This document shows positions 52,100-64,000 of a stretch of 64,000 bases of DNA, one piece after another. The stretch comes from Stegostoma tigrinum. Its lineage: Eukaryota. The notes below the pieces were generated by a model. That model saw only the letters and a list, made by a program, of their open reading frames with translations. It was not told where the DNA came from and did not search any database. The stretch covers positions 4,836,001-4,900,000 of the forward strand of contig NC_081396.1 in the NCBI RefSeq assembly GCF_030684315.1, given 5' to 3'. Position numbers and translations under genes: made by a program. How positions within the stretch are numbered: position 1 is the first letter of the stretch; every line of letters starts with the position of its first letter.

Positions 52100-52469
52100 C
52101 TCTTCAAGACCACAGTAGTCCTTTTCTCAAGTAGGTTTAAATGCCTGAGACCTGTTCTTCAATGAATCCTTCTGTGCCACGCATTCTCTCATGTTTGATA
52201 CCTCCGAGGTAACAATCATTTTTACATACTTAAATCGGTAAACCAAAAACCACACAACACACTCTTGACTCTTATATGATTTTATCAAAAGATCGATGAG
52301 ATTTTAGTTATCTCTCCATGTACAGTTCCTATGCTTCAGGTAGTGGCTCGATCAACACATTTGGTCCCTGAAAAGGAAAGGCACAGGCATAAATATCACC
52401 GAGGTAAAGCTATCAGTTTAGTACTTTCACCTGAATTTTGCACTCACTAAAATGCATTTTGGCCTCCAT
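52100..52469 (-). pseudogene. Highly degenerate V segment relic
   Basis: Short leader-like exon (52469-52431), acceptor ctttccttttcag, then GTKCVD...VHGEITKIS...KDSLKNRS...DYCGLEE followed by cac. Many stops and deletions. Confidence 0.4.
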
Positions 52470-53664
52470 TGCCGTTTCAACTCATTTCTATTATCTTTTT
52501 GTCTTCTGCAATCAACCTCCACCCTTAATTACATCGTCTCACCCAATTTTGCAATTTAACTTTTTCCATCATACTTAATTCCAGAACTCTGCAAAAATTA
52601 GTACTCCATGGAACATAATCTTTTCATAAAAAAACCAAAGAACTGCAGAGGGTGTAAATCAGGAGCACGGGCCGAAGTTGTTCGAAGCACTCAGGAGATC
52701 TGGCAGCAACTGTGAAGAAAAGAAAATCAGAGTTAAATTTCGGGTCTGGTGACCCTTCAAAATGTTCGATCTGACTTTTTTTTCTTCATAGATGTCACCA
52801 GATCCGCTGCATTTTTCCAGCAACTTTTCTTCGTGTTCAAAATCTTATCACAAATTTTAAGACAGAAGTCAAAAAAAGTATGTTTGTTTTATGCAAAACC
52901 TACTTTGTTTGTTATTTCTACAACATGACTCCTCTTTTTTAACTTAATTGATAGTTCATTTTAGTTTTAGGTGTATCTCTATGTATATCTGTCCAAGTTC
53001 AATATTTCATTTAACCCCCCCCCCCGCCCAAAATCATGAAAGTTTTTTAAGCACTGAAACCACTGAGATTGTGTGCATGCACTTCATCGTTTTCCAGAAA
53101 CATGTTAAATTTTCAGGTAAAAATTCCGTTTAAATGCTTTAGAATTCCAGGCCATGTTGATCAAAATATATTTTGTTTTACGATGATATTCATAAATGCA
53201 ATCATGGTTAATGGTTTCGACATTCCTGATATCCAATACATTTAATGTTTTCACAGCAGTCCTCGAATGCTGAGATGCATTGTTCACGAATAGCTTGATG
53301 GGTTGAGGATGCCTCATCCATCCCTGTGTTGCTATGCTGAAAGTGCTGAGATATTTTCAGAAGTTTGAAACAATTGACAAATCCTTCAGTATCATCAATT
53401 CGTTGGAAAAAAAACAGCATCTATCCATTTCACTTCAAGGAGAATGGGCTAATTACTATTGGTTTACTGTTGGTTTAAAGGGTTGGAGTGAAAATTCGTG
53501 GACGTAATGACGTCTGTCTTCTCTTACTCCTGTACAGAAATAAGTGTGTTATAATTCACAAACGTACAGGCCTTCTTCTTTGTTAGATTCTCCTTTTCAA
53601 GGAAAAGCTCATTGATATGCATTTCCTCAAAGTACAGAGCATATCATCAGATAATTTTCATATC

Positions 53665-54090
53665 AGAGAATCTTGAAAGTGTTGAAACGGGCCCTTTGAC
53701 TGAACAAGTGCATATTGACCGCCAGATCCATTCCCCTATAAACTATTTACACATCCCTGGACACGATGGATAATTTAGCATGACCAATCCACTTTCCCTG
53801 CACATCTTTGGACTGTGGGAGGAAGCCCATGCAAACAGGGGGAGAACATGCAAACTCCACACAAACAGTCACCCGAGGGTGGAATCACGCCCATGCCCCG
53901 GCACTGTGAGGCAGCTTTCCAGCCACTGAGCCACCGTGCTACCACAGTGATTATGTTAAATTGTCCATAGTGTTCAAGGATATGTAGATTAGGTGGGTTA
54001 TAGGGGAATGGATCTGGGTGGGAGCTCTCAGGTTTGTGTGGACTTGTTGGGCCAAAGGGCCTGTCTTCACAATGAAGGGATTCTATGATC
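53665..54090. mobile_element. Shark SINE on - strand joined to an inverted 3' half-copy
   Basis: Minus-strand SINE ends at gagccaccgtgct (~53940), followed by a + strand taaattgtccatagtgttc...gggattctatg. Confidence 0.75.
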
Positions 54091-54420
54091 TACGAATTTT
54101 GCTCAAGGACAGTTTTGCATTATCAATATTCCAATACCTGTATTACTTTCACATCAAAATACATTTACGCCGAGTAAATCTCATCACCGGAATTAAAGAG
54201 TCACTCAAGTGTTAAAACAGTATTTGGAAGTCGGCTCTGGTCAGAAAATAATATTACAAGCATAATAGTTTAAACATCCTTGAAGGGATGTCACATTAAC
54301 CAAACGGTTTCCACACTAATAATTCAAAGAATTCCCAGATCTTGAGCTCATGGGAATGAAAAAGGAAATATTAAATGAGACAACATTTGAAAACCAATGA
54401 ATAAAGGTGCTTTCAAACCA

Positions 54421-54422
<2 letters not shown>

Positions 54423-54473
<51 letters not shown>
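54423..54473. repeat. (CT)n microsatellite
   Basis: Directly visible. Confidence 0.98.
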
Positions 54474-54477
<4 letters not shown>

Positions 54478-54624
54478 GGAGATTTTCCGAATAGAATTGA
54501 TTTACTCTTATGTATTCCAGCCACGAACCTAATACTTTCTCTGTTAATGATGTTACCAATTCTTTACAGGTTTTTATTTTTTCGTTTTCAGTAATCAACT
54601 TTTGCAATTCAAATTCTGTTTTGA

Positions 54625-54920
54625 CACAGTGAATCAGTGGTTAGCACTGCTGCCTCTCAGCGCCAGGGACGTACATTCAATCCATGCATGGGCAACCGTC
54701 TGCATGGAGTTTGCAATTCTTTCTGTGCCTCCAACTACTTCAGTTTCCTCCCACAGTTCAGAGACGTGCAGTTTACAAGGATTGCCATGGTAAATTGCCC
54801 AGAGTGTTTAGGGATGTGTAGATTAGGTGGGTTATAGGGGGATGGGTCAAGGTGGGTTGCTCCAAGGGTTGGTGTGGACTTGTTGGGCCGAGGAGCCGAT
54901 TTCCACACTGTAGGAATTCT
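54625..54920 (+). mobile_element. Shark SINE (HE1-like)
   Basis: cagtggttagcactgctgcctctcagcgccagggac head and SINE 3' end. Confidence 0.82.
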
Positions 54921-55128
54921 GTGAATTCTAATCTGAGATTCCTCACAAACTGCCTTCAGTTGGTTTTTGGTACGGGTGAAAACTCATTGGTTCTGGGAAA
55001 GGTCATGCCATCACTCCGCTTCCTGCTGTGTCTGTTGAGAACCGGGAGCCACCTCCATTTTTCACTTTCCTTCATACGGGACTTTTCTCTCCCCAGACCT
55101 TTTAAATGACGACCAGCGACCACTTCCA

Positions 55129-55171
55129 GTGGAGCTACCATACTTTTGTCTGATCTTGATACAGGCCTTGG
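55129..55171 (+). pseudogene. Orphan antigen-receptor-type leader exon with GTG start
   Basis: GTG GAG CTA CCA TAC TTT TGT CTG ATC TTG ATA CAG GCC TTG G|gtaagt encodes (V)ELPYFCLILIQAL. A 77-nt intron leads to ttgcag|TC TCC GCT GAT (VSADIRAL*QS); the downstream exon is decayed. Confidence 0.45.
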
Positions 55172-57649
55172 GTAAGTAAAATTGTTGTTCTCAATTTACC
55201 ATTCTAACAGTTCTTCATGGGTCTTCAGTCTCTTTGAGCTAATTGCAGTCTCCGCTGATATCAGAGCTTTGTAACAGAGCCGGGAGCAATCTACCTCTTG
55301 AACAGTTTTGAGGCGGTGTGAAGGAAAGACTGAATCTGGACAATTGACTGAGGGCTTTTATGGAAGATGAATTCTTACCTCCATAAGTGCCAATGTAAGT
55401 CTTTTGTCCACAAAGTAATCTAGAGTCCCTCCAGCGATCCTGCTCACATCACCAAGTTGTTAGATCTCTTAGCTTTCAATGAACCTCAGTGTCCGGTGAT
55501 AGGTTCAGCTCACCTTCATTGTGATTTATAGGTTCAGATTTTCATAGCAAATAGATGCACAAGAAGTTTCTAAGTAGTTTATTTTGTACAGTTTAAGGTC
55601 AAATCACAGCACTGCCCCCCGCCCCACTTTGTTTACTATTGGTCACCAACGTTGAGTTGTGAACTTGTAACTGGGCTGTTTTCTCGATCCTCCAGAGGAA
55701 GTATGGCCTCACTCAGCAATTTCAATGTAAACACTGTAGTCAAATACATTCTTTCCCACGCATTTACCAGCTGCACAATGTTAACAGCCAACTCATGGGA
55801 TACTTACCTATCAGATAGGGACCTTTTAAATTCCTTAATAAGCTAATTTCAGGAAACACAAAACAATATTGATGCTTATGAATTGTTATAATTCCATTCC
55901 AAAAGATTATGTAGTTTCATCAAATGATCAAATGACAGGATTCTGTAGCTGAAAAGTTGTGAATGTATTGATTGAATAGGTCAAGAGAGATGAGGTGATG
56001 TGTTCTTATCTATGTTTCATGCTTCCAAAACTGCAGTTGACATTGAGTCTACAGAGCTATTATTGTTCTACTTGTGAAGACTACATTATGCAGGTCTCTT
56101 CCTAAACTCTTCAATTACTGTCAGCCACTTTCTGCTGCATTAGCCATGGGCCACCATTGGCCATTTTCTGCTGTTCATTCATAGGCAGCGCGATAAACCT
56201 GAAACAATGAGTTTTCGTATGGAACAGGAGATCCAACTGTCTGTTCAAAGACGTAAATTGCTCTCCAGAGGAAACGAATCAGTTTCTGCAGAAAACTGAT
56301 TTCGCAATGATCCAGACTGGCTCCAGTCCAACATCCACTCTCCACTAACACAAGAAACTGTTCAAAAGAGAAGTTGCCAAAAGCTACAGAGACAAGCAGC
56401 TACCCCTCATTATCCATCAGCTATCCTATGGGATCAATAAACCATTCTCGCCTGTCAAGACTCTTAGGCTTGTTGTATCTGTTTAGCTCATGCCTCAGTT
56501 TTGAATTGTTCCTTCTCATTAAATTACTTTAATATCACTGGAGCTTGAACATATTTTAGTTAATCTATGACGTCAGGAGGCTAAATCCTACAATTGTGGT
56601 TCGGAGTAAGATCACAGCCATTGAGTTCATCGTCTCATAAAACATTAGGTTTGTTTAAACATAAATCGAAAAGGTCTGGAATAAAATCTACTGTATACAA
56701 TTGCATTGAAATATCACAGGATGCAACTGATAGCCTGAATTTTAAAGTAGGCAAGTAGGAGCGAGAGAGATCCTGGGAAAAATAGCAGATTGTGACAAGT
56801 ATTGCAAATTATTTCTACTGAGTTTCTAAGCACAGTGAAAAAGCAAATATATTTGGAACAGTTTCCTAGAAAGGTATAATTTGGATCAAATGAGGATCAG
56901 GCTATTTAGATACCAATATGAGAAATGTGGCAGGTTTATAAATGATCTCTAGAAAATGTCCACTGGAAAAAAAATCACCATAACATGGTAGAATTTCGTA
57001 TTCAATCTGATAGAAAGAAATTGGAGTCTGACAGAATTGTGCAAAAGTGAAACAAGACAGTTACAAATGTTTGAGGACAGAGTTGTCTGGAGTGCACTGG
57101 GAAAAGTGTTTGGCATAGAAGACAGTTGATGGACCACGACAGATATAGAACAGAAATAATGATGCATATTATTGAAATATCCATTTGAGGAAGGACGAAT
57201 CTGGAAATGGGCAAATCAACCATAATTAACTAGGCAAGCTCAGGATTGCATCATATTGAAAGGTAAAAGATATATCGTGGCGAAGATTGGTGGTGAACTA
57301 AAGGAATGGGAAAGGTTTAAAGCTACCAAAATCTGAGCAAAAATATAATAAAGTTGAAAATAAACTCTGAAGATAAATATATAAAAAAGGAGGATCGAGC
57401 CAGAGTGAACAAAATGTTTAATGGATTTGAACAGATGTCCTTGTTCTTTCACCATTACTGGCTGAAAACACTTGAACTCTTTACCCAATAGTATTGATGT
57501 TTTCTGGTTTATTCATTCATGGGATGTGAGCATAACAGCCCGGTCATCCTTTATTGTCCATCCATATTTGCGCCTCAGACGGATGGTGGTGATCAGCCTT
57601 CTTCAACTGCTGCAGTCTTTGGAGTGCAGGGACACTCTCTATGAATTAT

Positions 57650-57965
57650 AGAACCTCTACAATGTAGAAATGGGGTACTTAGCCCCTTGAAATTTCACTA
57701 AATCTACAAAGATCATTCCAGCCAAGCCCAATAAGCTCACATCCACCATAGTAAAACCAGCTAACATGTATATCACTGGGCGATATGGTCAATTTATCTT
57801 GGCCAATCCATCTAACTGCACAGCTTTGAACTGTGGGAGGAACATGTCGCACCCAATGGAAAAACCATAGCCACAGAGAGGACGTGCAAGTTCAACGCAA
57901 AAAGTCACCTGAAGCTGAATCAAACCCAGGTTCCCACACTGTGGAGCAACATTACTAACTACTAT
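57650..57965 (-). mobile_element. Shark SINE, degenerate
   Basis: Reverse-complement SINE core (ggccaatccatctaactgcacagctttgaactgtgggagg). Confidence 0.7.
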
Positions 57966-58244
57966 GCAAACATTAAAGTTAGGGAGGAATTGCAGGATTT
58001 TATACAGGCGACATTGAAAGAAAATTAGACCGGAATTATCAGACTTCTTGAGATGATGGTTAAACTGCGGCCACAGGTGGTTGTGAGAACGGATTATGGT
58101 GAAGAAACTAAATTTGGGAAAGGGTCGTGGTGCTGGGTAGAGAGCACAGACAGAGTAAGCGTGGCAGAGAGAGGGGTTGGTTGATATTTGGACCAGAAGT
58201 GAGGCCAGATCATAGAGAAGTCCAGGACAGGTCATCTGTATCAA

Positions 58245-58585
58245 CACCATTTCCCCAATTTACAGAATTCCACTATCCCGCCAGGATTTCTCCCACTAAC
58301 TCATATACACTGCCCGTCGCCATTTGCCCATTTACAGACATTCCATCCCATTACCATTTTCCTCATTTTGAGACTTCCCTTGACCCCGCACCATCTCCCT
58401 CATTTATAGGCAATCCCTTTCCATCATCATTGTCCACATTTACAGCCATCCCTTCTCCCTTTAACATTTCCCCATTTAAAGAAGTTTCCTCATTATTTCT
58501 CCCACTTACAGACATCCCCTGTCCCATCACCCTTTCTTCCATTTACAGATGATCCCTACCCAACCCCAGTTCCCCATTGTCAGAC
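58245..58585. repeat. Degenerate C-rich ~35-bp minisatellite
   Basis: A cccatttacagacatccc-like core recurs about 9-10 times. Confidence 0.7.
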
Positions 58586-58589
58586 CCTG

Positions 58590-59110
58590 TGTATAATAGC
58601 TGGGATGTCCTGTTGCAACTGTGTAAGAAACTGATGAGGTCACCGCTGGAGTTTGTGCACAGTACTGGCCATCACATTTACAGAAAGGACATTATTGTCA
58701 GAGACAGTACAGAGGGTTTTGACAGATTTGCTGACAAGACTTGAAAATTGTAGCAATGAGGGAAGGTGACATTGGCTTGGGGCTTTTTTTACTCTGGAAT
58801 AGAGGAGGCTGCGGGTAGAATTGAGGTGTGCAAACCAATAAGGGACTATGATCGTGTAGACAAGAAAGACCTTTCTCCACTTGTGGAAAGATTAATTTCC
58901 AAGGGCCACAGATTTCAGACGACTGTTGAGGGTTTGGAGGGGATAAAAGGAAAAACCTTTTCACCCAGAGAACGATCGGATTCTCGGACTCGCTGCCAAG
59001 TTTGACGATTGAGCCAGAAAACTGCAATTCACTGAATAGGAATTTGGAACTGCTCTTCTGGACCTGCAAAAGGCTACAGGCTGATTACAGATTCTCTTGT
59101 ATGTCTGCAC
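58590..59110 (+). mobile_element. CR1 LINE 3' fragment
   Basis: gaggtcaccgctggagttt..tggccatcacatttacagaaaggacatt and ttcacccagaga motifs of the CR1 ORF2 end. Confidence 0.7.
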
Positions 59111-59319
59111 CCATAAGTTTCCAGCTCAGAGAGGATCTGAATCCCTTCACTTAATCTCCATATTTCCATGTGCACAGGGTTTTTGTTTTTCATATTAAAC
59201 AGTCAACGATACGGGTGTTATGATAAATTGTGTCACAGTGTGATGTAGTACATATTTCTTTTGCTGCCTGACGGCAAACCAGTTCCCTCAAAGACCCTGT
59301 AGAATACATTTGAAACAGT

Positions 59320-60168
59320 GAGTTTTGAGAAGATTTGTAGCTCAGGTTGATGTTCTGGATGTGAGTTTGCTCGCTGAGCTGGAAGGTTAGTTTTCAGACG
59401 TTTCGTCACCATTCTAGGTAACGTCATCAGTGAGCCTCCGACGAAGCGCTGGTGTTATGTCCCGCTTTCTATTTATCTGGTTAGGTTTCCTTGGGTTGGT
59501 GATGTCATTTCCTGTTCTTTTTCTCAGGGGATGGTAGATTGGCTCCAAATCAATGTGTTTGTTGATGAAATTCCAGTTGGAATGCCATGCTTCTAGGAAT
59601 TTTCGTGCATGTCTCTGTTTGGCTTGTCCTAGGATGGATGTGTTGTCTCAATCAAAGTGGTGTCCTTCCTCATCTGTATGTGAGGATACGAGTGATAGTG
59701 GGTCATGTCGTTTTGTGGCTAGTTGATGTTCATGTATCCTGGTGGCTAGCTTCCTGCCAGTTTGTCCAATGTAGTGCTTGTCACAGTTCTTGCAAGGTAT
59801 TTTGTAGATGACGTTCGTTTTATTTGTTGTCTGTATCCTTACTTGCAGATAAGGAAGGACACCACTTTGATTGGGACAACACATCCATCCTAGGACAAGC
59901 CAAACAGAGACATGCACGAGAATTCCTAGAAGAATGGCATTCCAACCGGAATTCCATCAACAAACACATTGACTTGGAGCCAATCTATCATCCCCTGAGA
60001 AAAAGAACAGGAAATGACATCACCAACCCAAGGAAACCTAACCAGATAAATAGAAAGCGGGACATAACACCAGCGCTTCGTCGGAGGCTCACTGATGATG
60101 TTACCTAGAATGGGGACGAAACGTCTGAAAACTAACCTTCCAGCTCAGCGAGCTAACTCACATCCAGA
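59320..60168 (-). mobile_element. Penelope-like element with inverted arm (same family as 23897-24635)
   Basis: ORF 59648-59917(-) has NVIYKIPCKNCDKHYIGQTGRKLATRIHEH (GIY-YIG). The inverted copy starts ~59830-59850, and a 14-bp target duplication acatttgaaacagt lies at 59306-59319 and 60169-60182. Confidence 0.92.
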
Positions 60169-61149
60169 ACATTTGAAACAGTTGTAGTTCGTCGTGTGCA
60201 GAATAATTTACATGGAATATTAAACAGCACAGAATCTGACTGTCATTGGCCTCAGATGTGGATGAGAAATGGACTGCAGCACAGGAGAAAGTAAATCTCA
60301 ATTTAGAAAAAGCCTGTGGGGATGTCACGTTGGTAAATCAGCAAGGTCAAGGGATAGGCAACAATACACGTCTGGCCAATAAACATTAAATATGGATATT
60401 GTAGCCCCACTCTGAGAGAAAGAGCGGGTTGAAAATGTCAGACAGTTGATCAGGGATGACAGAGGTGAGATTGCAATGGATAGACATGGATACAGATTCA
60501 CAGAGAAGCGGGAGGGGTGGGGTGGTGATGGGGTTGTGTTACACCAGCAACAGAACCATTGATTCTCTCTTTCAAAATAGTGCACAACACTCAAAGCCCG
60601 ACATTGCACATGAATGGTTAGAAGTGCTCATCTCTGAATAAACTGCGATAGTTCATATTCAGATCCCCACCGACGCACCCCCCGCCTCCCCGCCCCAGAG
60701 CCCACATTTGGGAAAAGATCAGAGACACTGGAGTCAGGATTAAGTCTTGAGTTGAGGAAATACCAGGGAGAGGATGGTGTCATCGATCAACGGGTGGGGC
60801 GTGATGCTGTCACAAACTGCAGCTGCCTCCATATTGGTGATTGGTGGCTGCTTCTGTCTACTAAGAGGGGCTGGCAGTTCCATTCGACCATCTCGGGACG
60901 CCGGTCCTCCAACTCAGTTGAGTGAATGAAGGGTGGGCTCCAAACAATTCGTGTGAATGAGTGGTGGCTCCAAACAATTGGAGCGAATGAGGTAAATACA
61001 GAAGAAAAAAAATACAGAAATTGCTGAAGATACTCAGGTTCTGGCAGAGTCTGTGGAGAGAGAAACAGGATTAATGTTTCGAGGTTAGTGACTCTTTTTT
61101 CAGTCGCTGCCAGGCCTGCTGATTTTCTCCAATGATAATCACTGGAAGA

Positions 61150-62020
61150 ACTTCACATCAATGGTCCCCATCTTTGACTTTCTATCTGAATAAAATGTCC
61201 ATCGGAGCTTCATTCAAAGTCACCCATTTGTCTCATGGAGCTTATGAAGGCCAAAGTGACTGGAGATAACTGGCACAAATCACATTCCTGCAATACTCAG
61301 ATTGGCCAGATTCCTGGCTTTGAGCACCCTCTAGCCTTTGACAAACAGTGGGATTTATGCTGTTCACCAACAAGTGCAACATGATCATCAAAACACGGAG
61401 CACGTATGCTTGTCAAAGTATAGGCGGCTTGCGGCCTGGAAGTAAAGGTGCCCAAGAAACAAAAAGTCTTGGGAACACTCCTGCCTTTGGGAGCTACACG
61501 CCAAGGGTTTAGGGACTTCTTCAAATGACTTCCCCCATTTTTCCTGGCAAGTGCTTCACACCCAAGGGGACTAAACCTGAACACGGACCGCATCTTGTCC
61601 AGATCAGGTGTTGGTTTCCTCTCCAAAAGGCCCAGATCCAGTCGAGCAGCAATGCTCTTCAGGAATTGACGAGCTTGGGCTTTGACTGATATCAGTGGGC
61701 CACTTGCGCTGGTGGGCATTGAAACCCTGAAACCAGAATATGTTCTACACCCTTGTCACTCTGAGTGACACCTCAAAATGCTATTCAACACGGAAGAGCA
61801 CTTCCTCATTGGAAGTTGGTGGTGGGGGTCGTGCCGGCATGTCGGAAGGGTCATTGGAGCTGGTAATCTGTATAATTTTTTCTCCGATTGTTTGACCTGG
61901 TTAGATGAAACTTCAAAGGATGAACATACTCACTGAGTGTTTTGCAAAATGTCGGGTGAAGGGTCATTCTTTTACAGGAATGTTGATGGTGGATTAATTG
62001 GAGAGAGGGACAGAACGAGT
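61150..62020 (-). mobile_element. L1/Tx1-like LINE endonuclease relic
   Basis: The minus strand shows TINI.., ILQNT (LQETH-like) and SLNPWRVAPKGR (D.WR..P-like) in the expected order. Confidence 0.45.
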
Positions 62021-62160
62021 AGATATGGAACAGTTAGCAATATCAGAAACACGGGGTTCCTCAGCAGTTTAGTTGTAATGGAGTTGAGGGTCTAGAGTTG
62101 GGTGTCATGGACAGGAGCTCTCTCAGGGTGAACTCACCATCAGTCCTCTCTATCTTTCCC

Positions 62161-62319
62161 NNNNNNNNNNNNNNNNNNNNNNNNNNNNNNNNNNNNNNNN
62201 NNNNNNNNNNNNNNNNNNNNNNNNNNNNNNNNNNNNNNNNNNNNNNNNNNNNNNNNNNNNNNNNNNNNNNNNNNNNNNNNNNNNNNNNNNNNNNNNNNNN
62301 NNNNNNNNNNNNNNNNNNN
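62161..62319. other. Assembly gap (N run)
   Basis: Run of n. Confidence 1.
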
Positions 62320-62569
62320 TCTCTGTTTCGGTGGGTTTATGATGACTGCATTTCCGGGGAGAGGGACAGAATTTTGAAAAGTATGAATTTGTGTAAGAAC
62401 TATTAAAATGACCTGCCACTGTAAGTGTAACTCCAAGCTGAGTGATATCATTTTTATCCAGAATATTAAACTTCTGCTTTCAGATCTAGGTGTGGTAAAC
62501 ATCAAAGTCTAATCGTTCTTGATATAACGTGAGCTATGTTCTGATGAGTGAGTGAATCACTTACCTCAT

Positions 62570-63290
62570 GCAGAGCAAGTAAATGTTCGCCCTCGGTGTC
62601 GTCTTTCTGTTGTACCAAAACAATGATTGAGTGAGTTGACTGATTTCATCGCACAGGTTAGGTAAATGGTTTCTCCCCAGTATGAACCTGCCTGTAACCA
62701 GTCCCACAGAGAGACAACCTGAACAATCTCTCCACGATACGAAATGATTAGTGGGACATAAGTTTCCTGGAAATTTTGTAGCATTTCTCACAGTCTAGAT
62801 ATTTAAAAGGTCACTCATTATTATGAACATGCTGTTGGTGCATGAAGTCCCTGGGATTTTAATAGCGCACACCACAGTTGGGGTATTTGAAACGCCTCTC
62901 CTCCGTGTGAGCACGTTGATAGTTCGTCAGGTCCCCAGATGTTATATAGCATTTGCTACAGTCTGGACATTTAAAACGTCTCCAATTAATTTGAGCTGGT
63001 AAAGGGATGTCAAGTTTGGACATTTGAAAGGCTGTTCCACAGGGTGAATACTTTGATGGCACAGCTGACCGACGGAGTTTTTATGGCACTTCACGCAGTC
63101 CAGATTTTGAAACGGTCTCTTGTCAGTGTGAATGAGCAGATGTTGCAGCAGGTTAGATGACCGAAGGAATCCTTTCCCAACCCCTGAGTAGGCTATGGCC
63201 TTTTACTGGTATTACTGTGTGAGTGAATTCCCAGCTGAGCAGGCAAATGAATTCATCTCCACAATCCAACATTTCCATTGTTTCTGCCCA
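62570..63290 (-). pseudogene. C2H2 zinc-finger array pseudogene
   Basis: Reads RRFKCPDCSKCYITSGDLTNYQRAHTEERRFKYPNCG, GKGFLRSSNLLQHLLIHTDKRPF and VHTGEKPFT in different frames, with many lost Cys/His residues and stops. Confidence 0.8.
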
Positions 63291-64000
63291 ATTTGACTGT
63301 CCACAAACGTAGTCAAACTGGGCAGAATCTATGGAAATGTGGGGATTGTGGGGAGGAATTTATTTCTCTGTCACAGCTCGGAAATCAATGACACAGTAAT
63401 GCCAGTAAATCCTTAGTCAAACACAACACATATACTTTGTCTCCACGTTAATTAGGGCCTTTTCCTTCCATGTTCACAATCTAGTGATGTTATGTTTGTA
63501 ATAAATTTGGTGACTCCATCAGATGAATGTGGCAAAGTGGGTTTGTCAGTCTTCTCCTGCTAATAAACTGTGAAATCAATATCTAACAAAAACGAACAAA
63601 AAAATACTAGCAAGTGAGAGGGAATCTCCTACAAGACTCTGGCTTCGATGTGAAGGCAGAGAGAGCCAAAGGCAGGGACTGAACAAGAGGCATTCTGGAC
63701 ATCAAAAACATAACCAGAACTTTTTCGGAATCATCCAAACTTGCAGCCTCCACCAATGAGAAGGAGACATAGCAGATGGATATGCACATGAGCACCTCCA
63801 AGTTTCCATTAAGTAGATAAACAGCAGCCGTTATCATGAGCTGATAGGAAATAGACATAGATTTAAGCTCTTGGGCAAACTGGCAGAGGTAAGAAAGTAA
63901 CCTTACGATACTTCTCTTTTCTTCAAAACTTATACTCAAAGGACAACAACATCAAATGTTGATTGAATAATGAGCTGTGACACTCTCAGATCTTTATGAA

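Overview
This is eukaryotic, AT-rich DNA from a cartilaginous fish (shark-type SINE, Penelope and CR1 repeats; shark-type Ig sequence). The main feature is a complete, open-frame IgM heavy-chain cluster on the + strand (~13.4-35.9 kb): promoter, leader, VH, one JH, Cmu1-Cmu4 with secretory tailpiece, TM1 and TM2, all with phase-compatible GT-AG splice sites. The VH is already fused in the germline to a D-like sequence and carries a 12-bp-spacer RSS, so it is a partially germline-joined VD-J cluster. Several decayed TCR alpha/delta-like V segments in both orientations flank it (~1-250, 46.6-48.8 kb, ~52.1-52.5 kb, plus an orphan leader at 55.1 kb), suggesting an IgH cluster inside or at the edge of a TCR alpha/delta V region. 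One dead V keeps a near-consensus 23-RSS in deletional orientation to the IgM VD 12-RSS. The rest is LINE/SINE/Penelope debris, several long inverted repeats, tandem repeats, two assembly gaps and a C2H2 zinc-finger relic. All translations and coordinates were read by eye; repeat boundaries are approximate.
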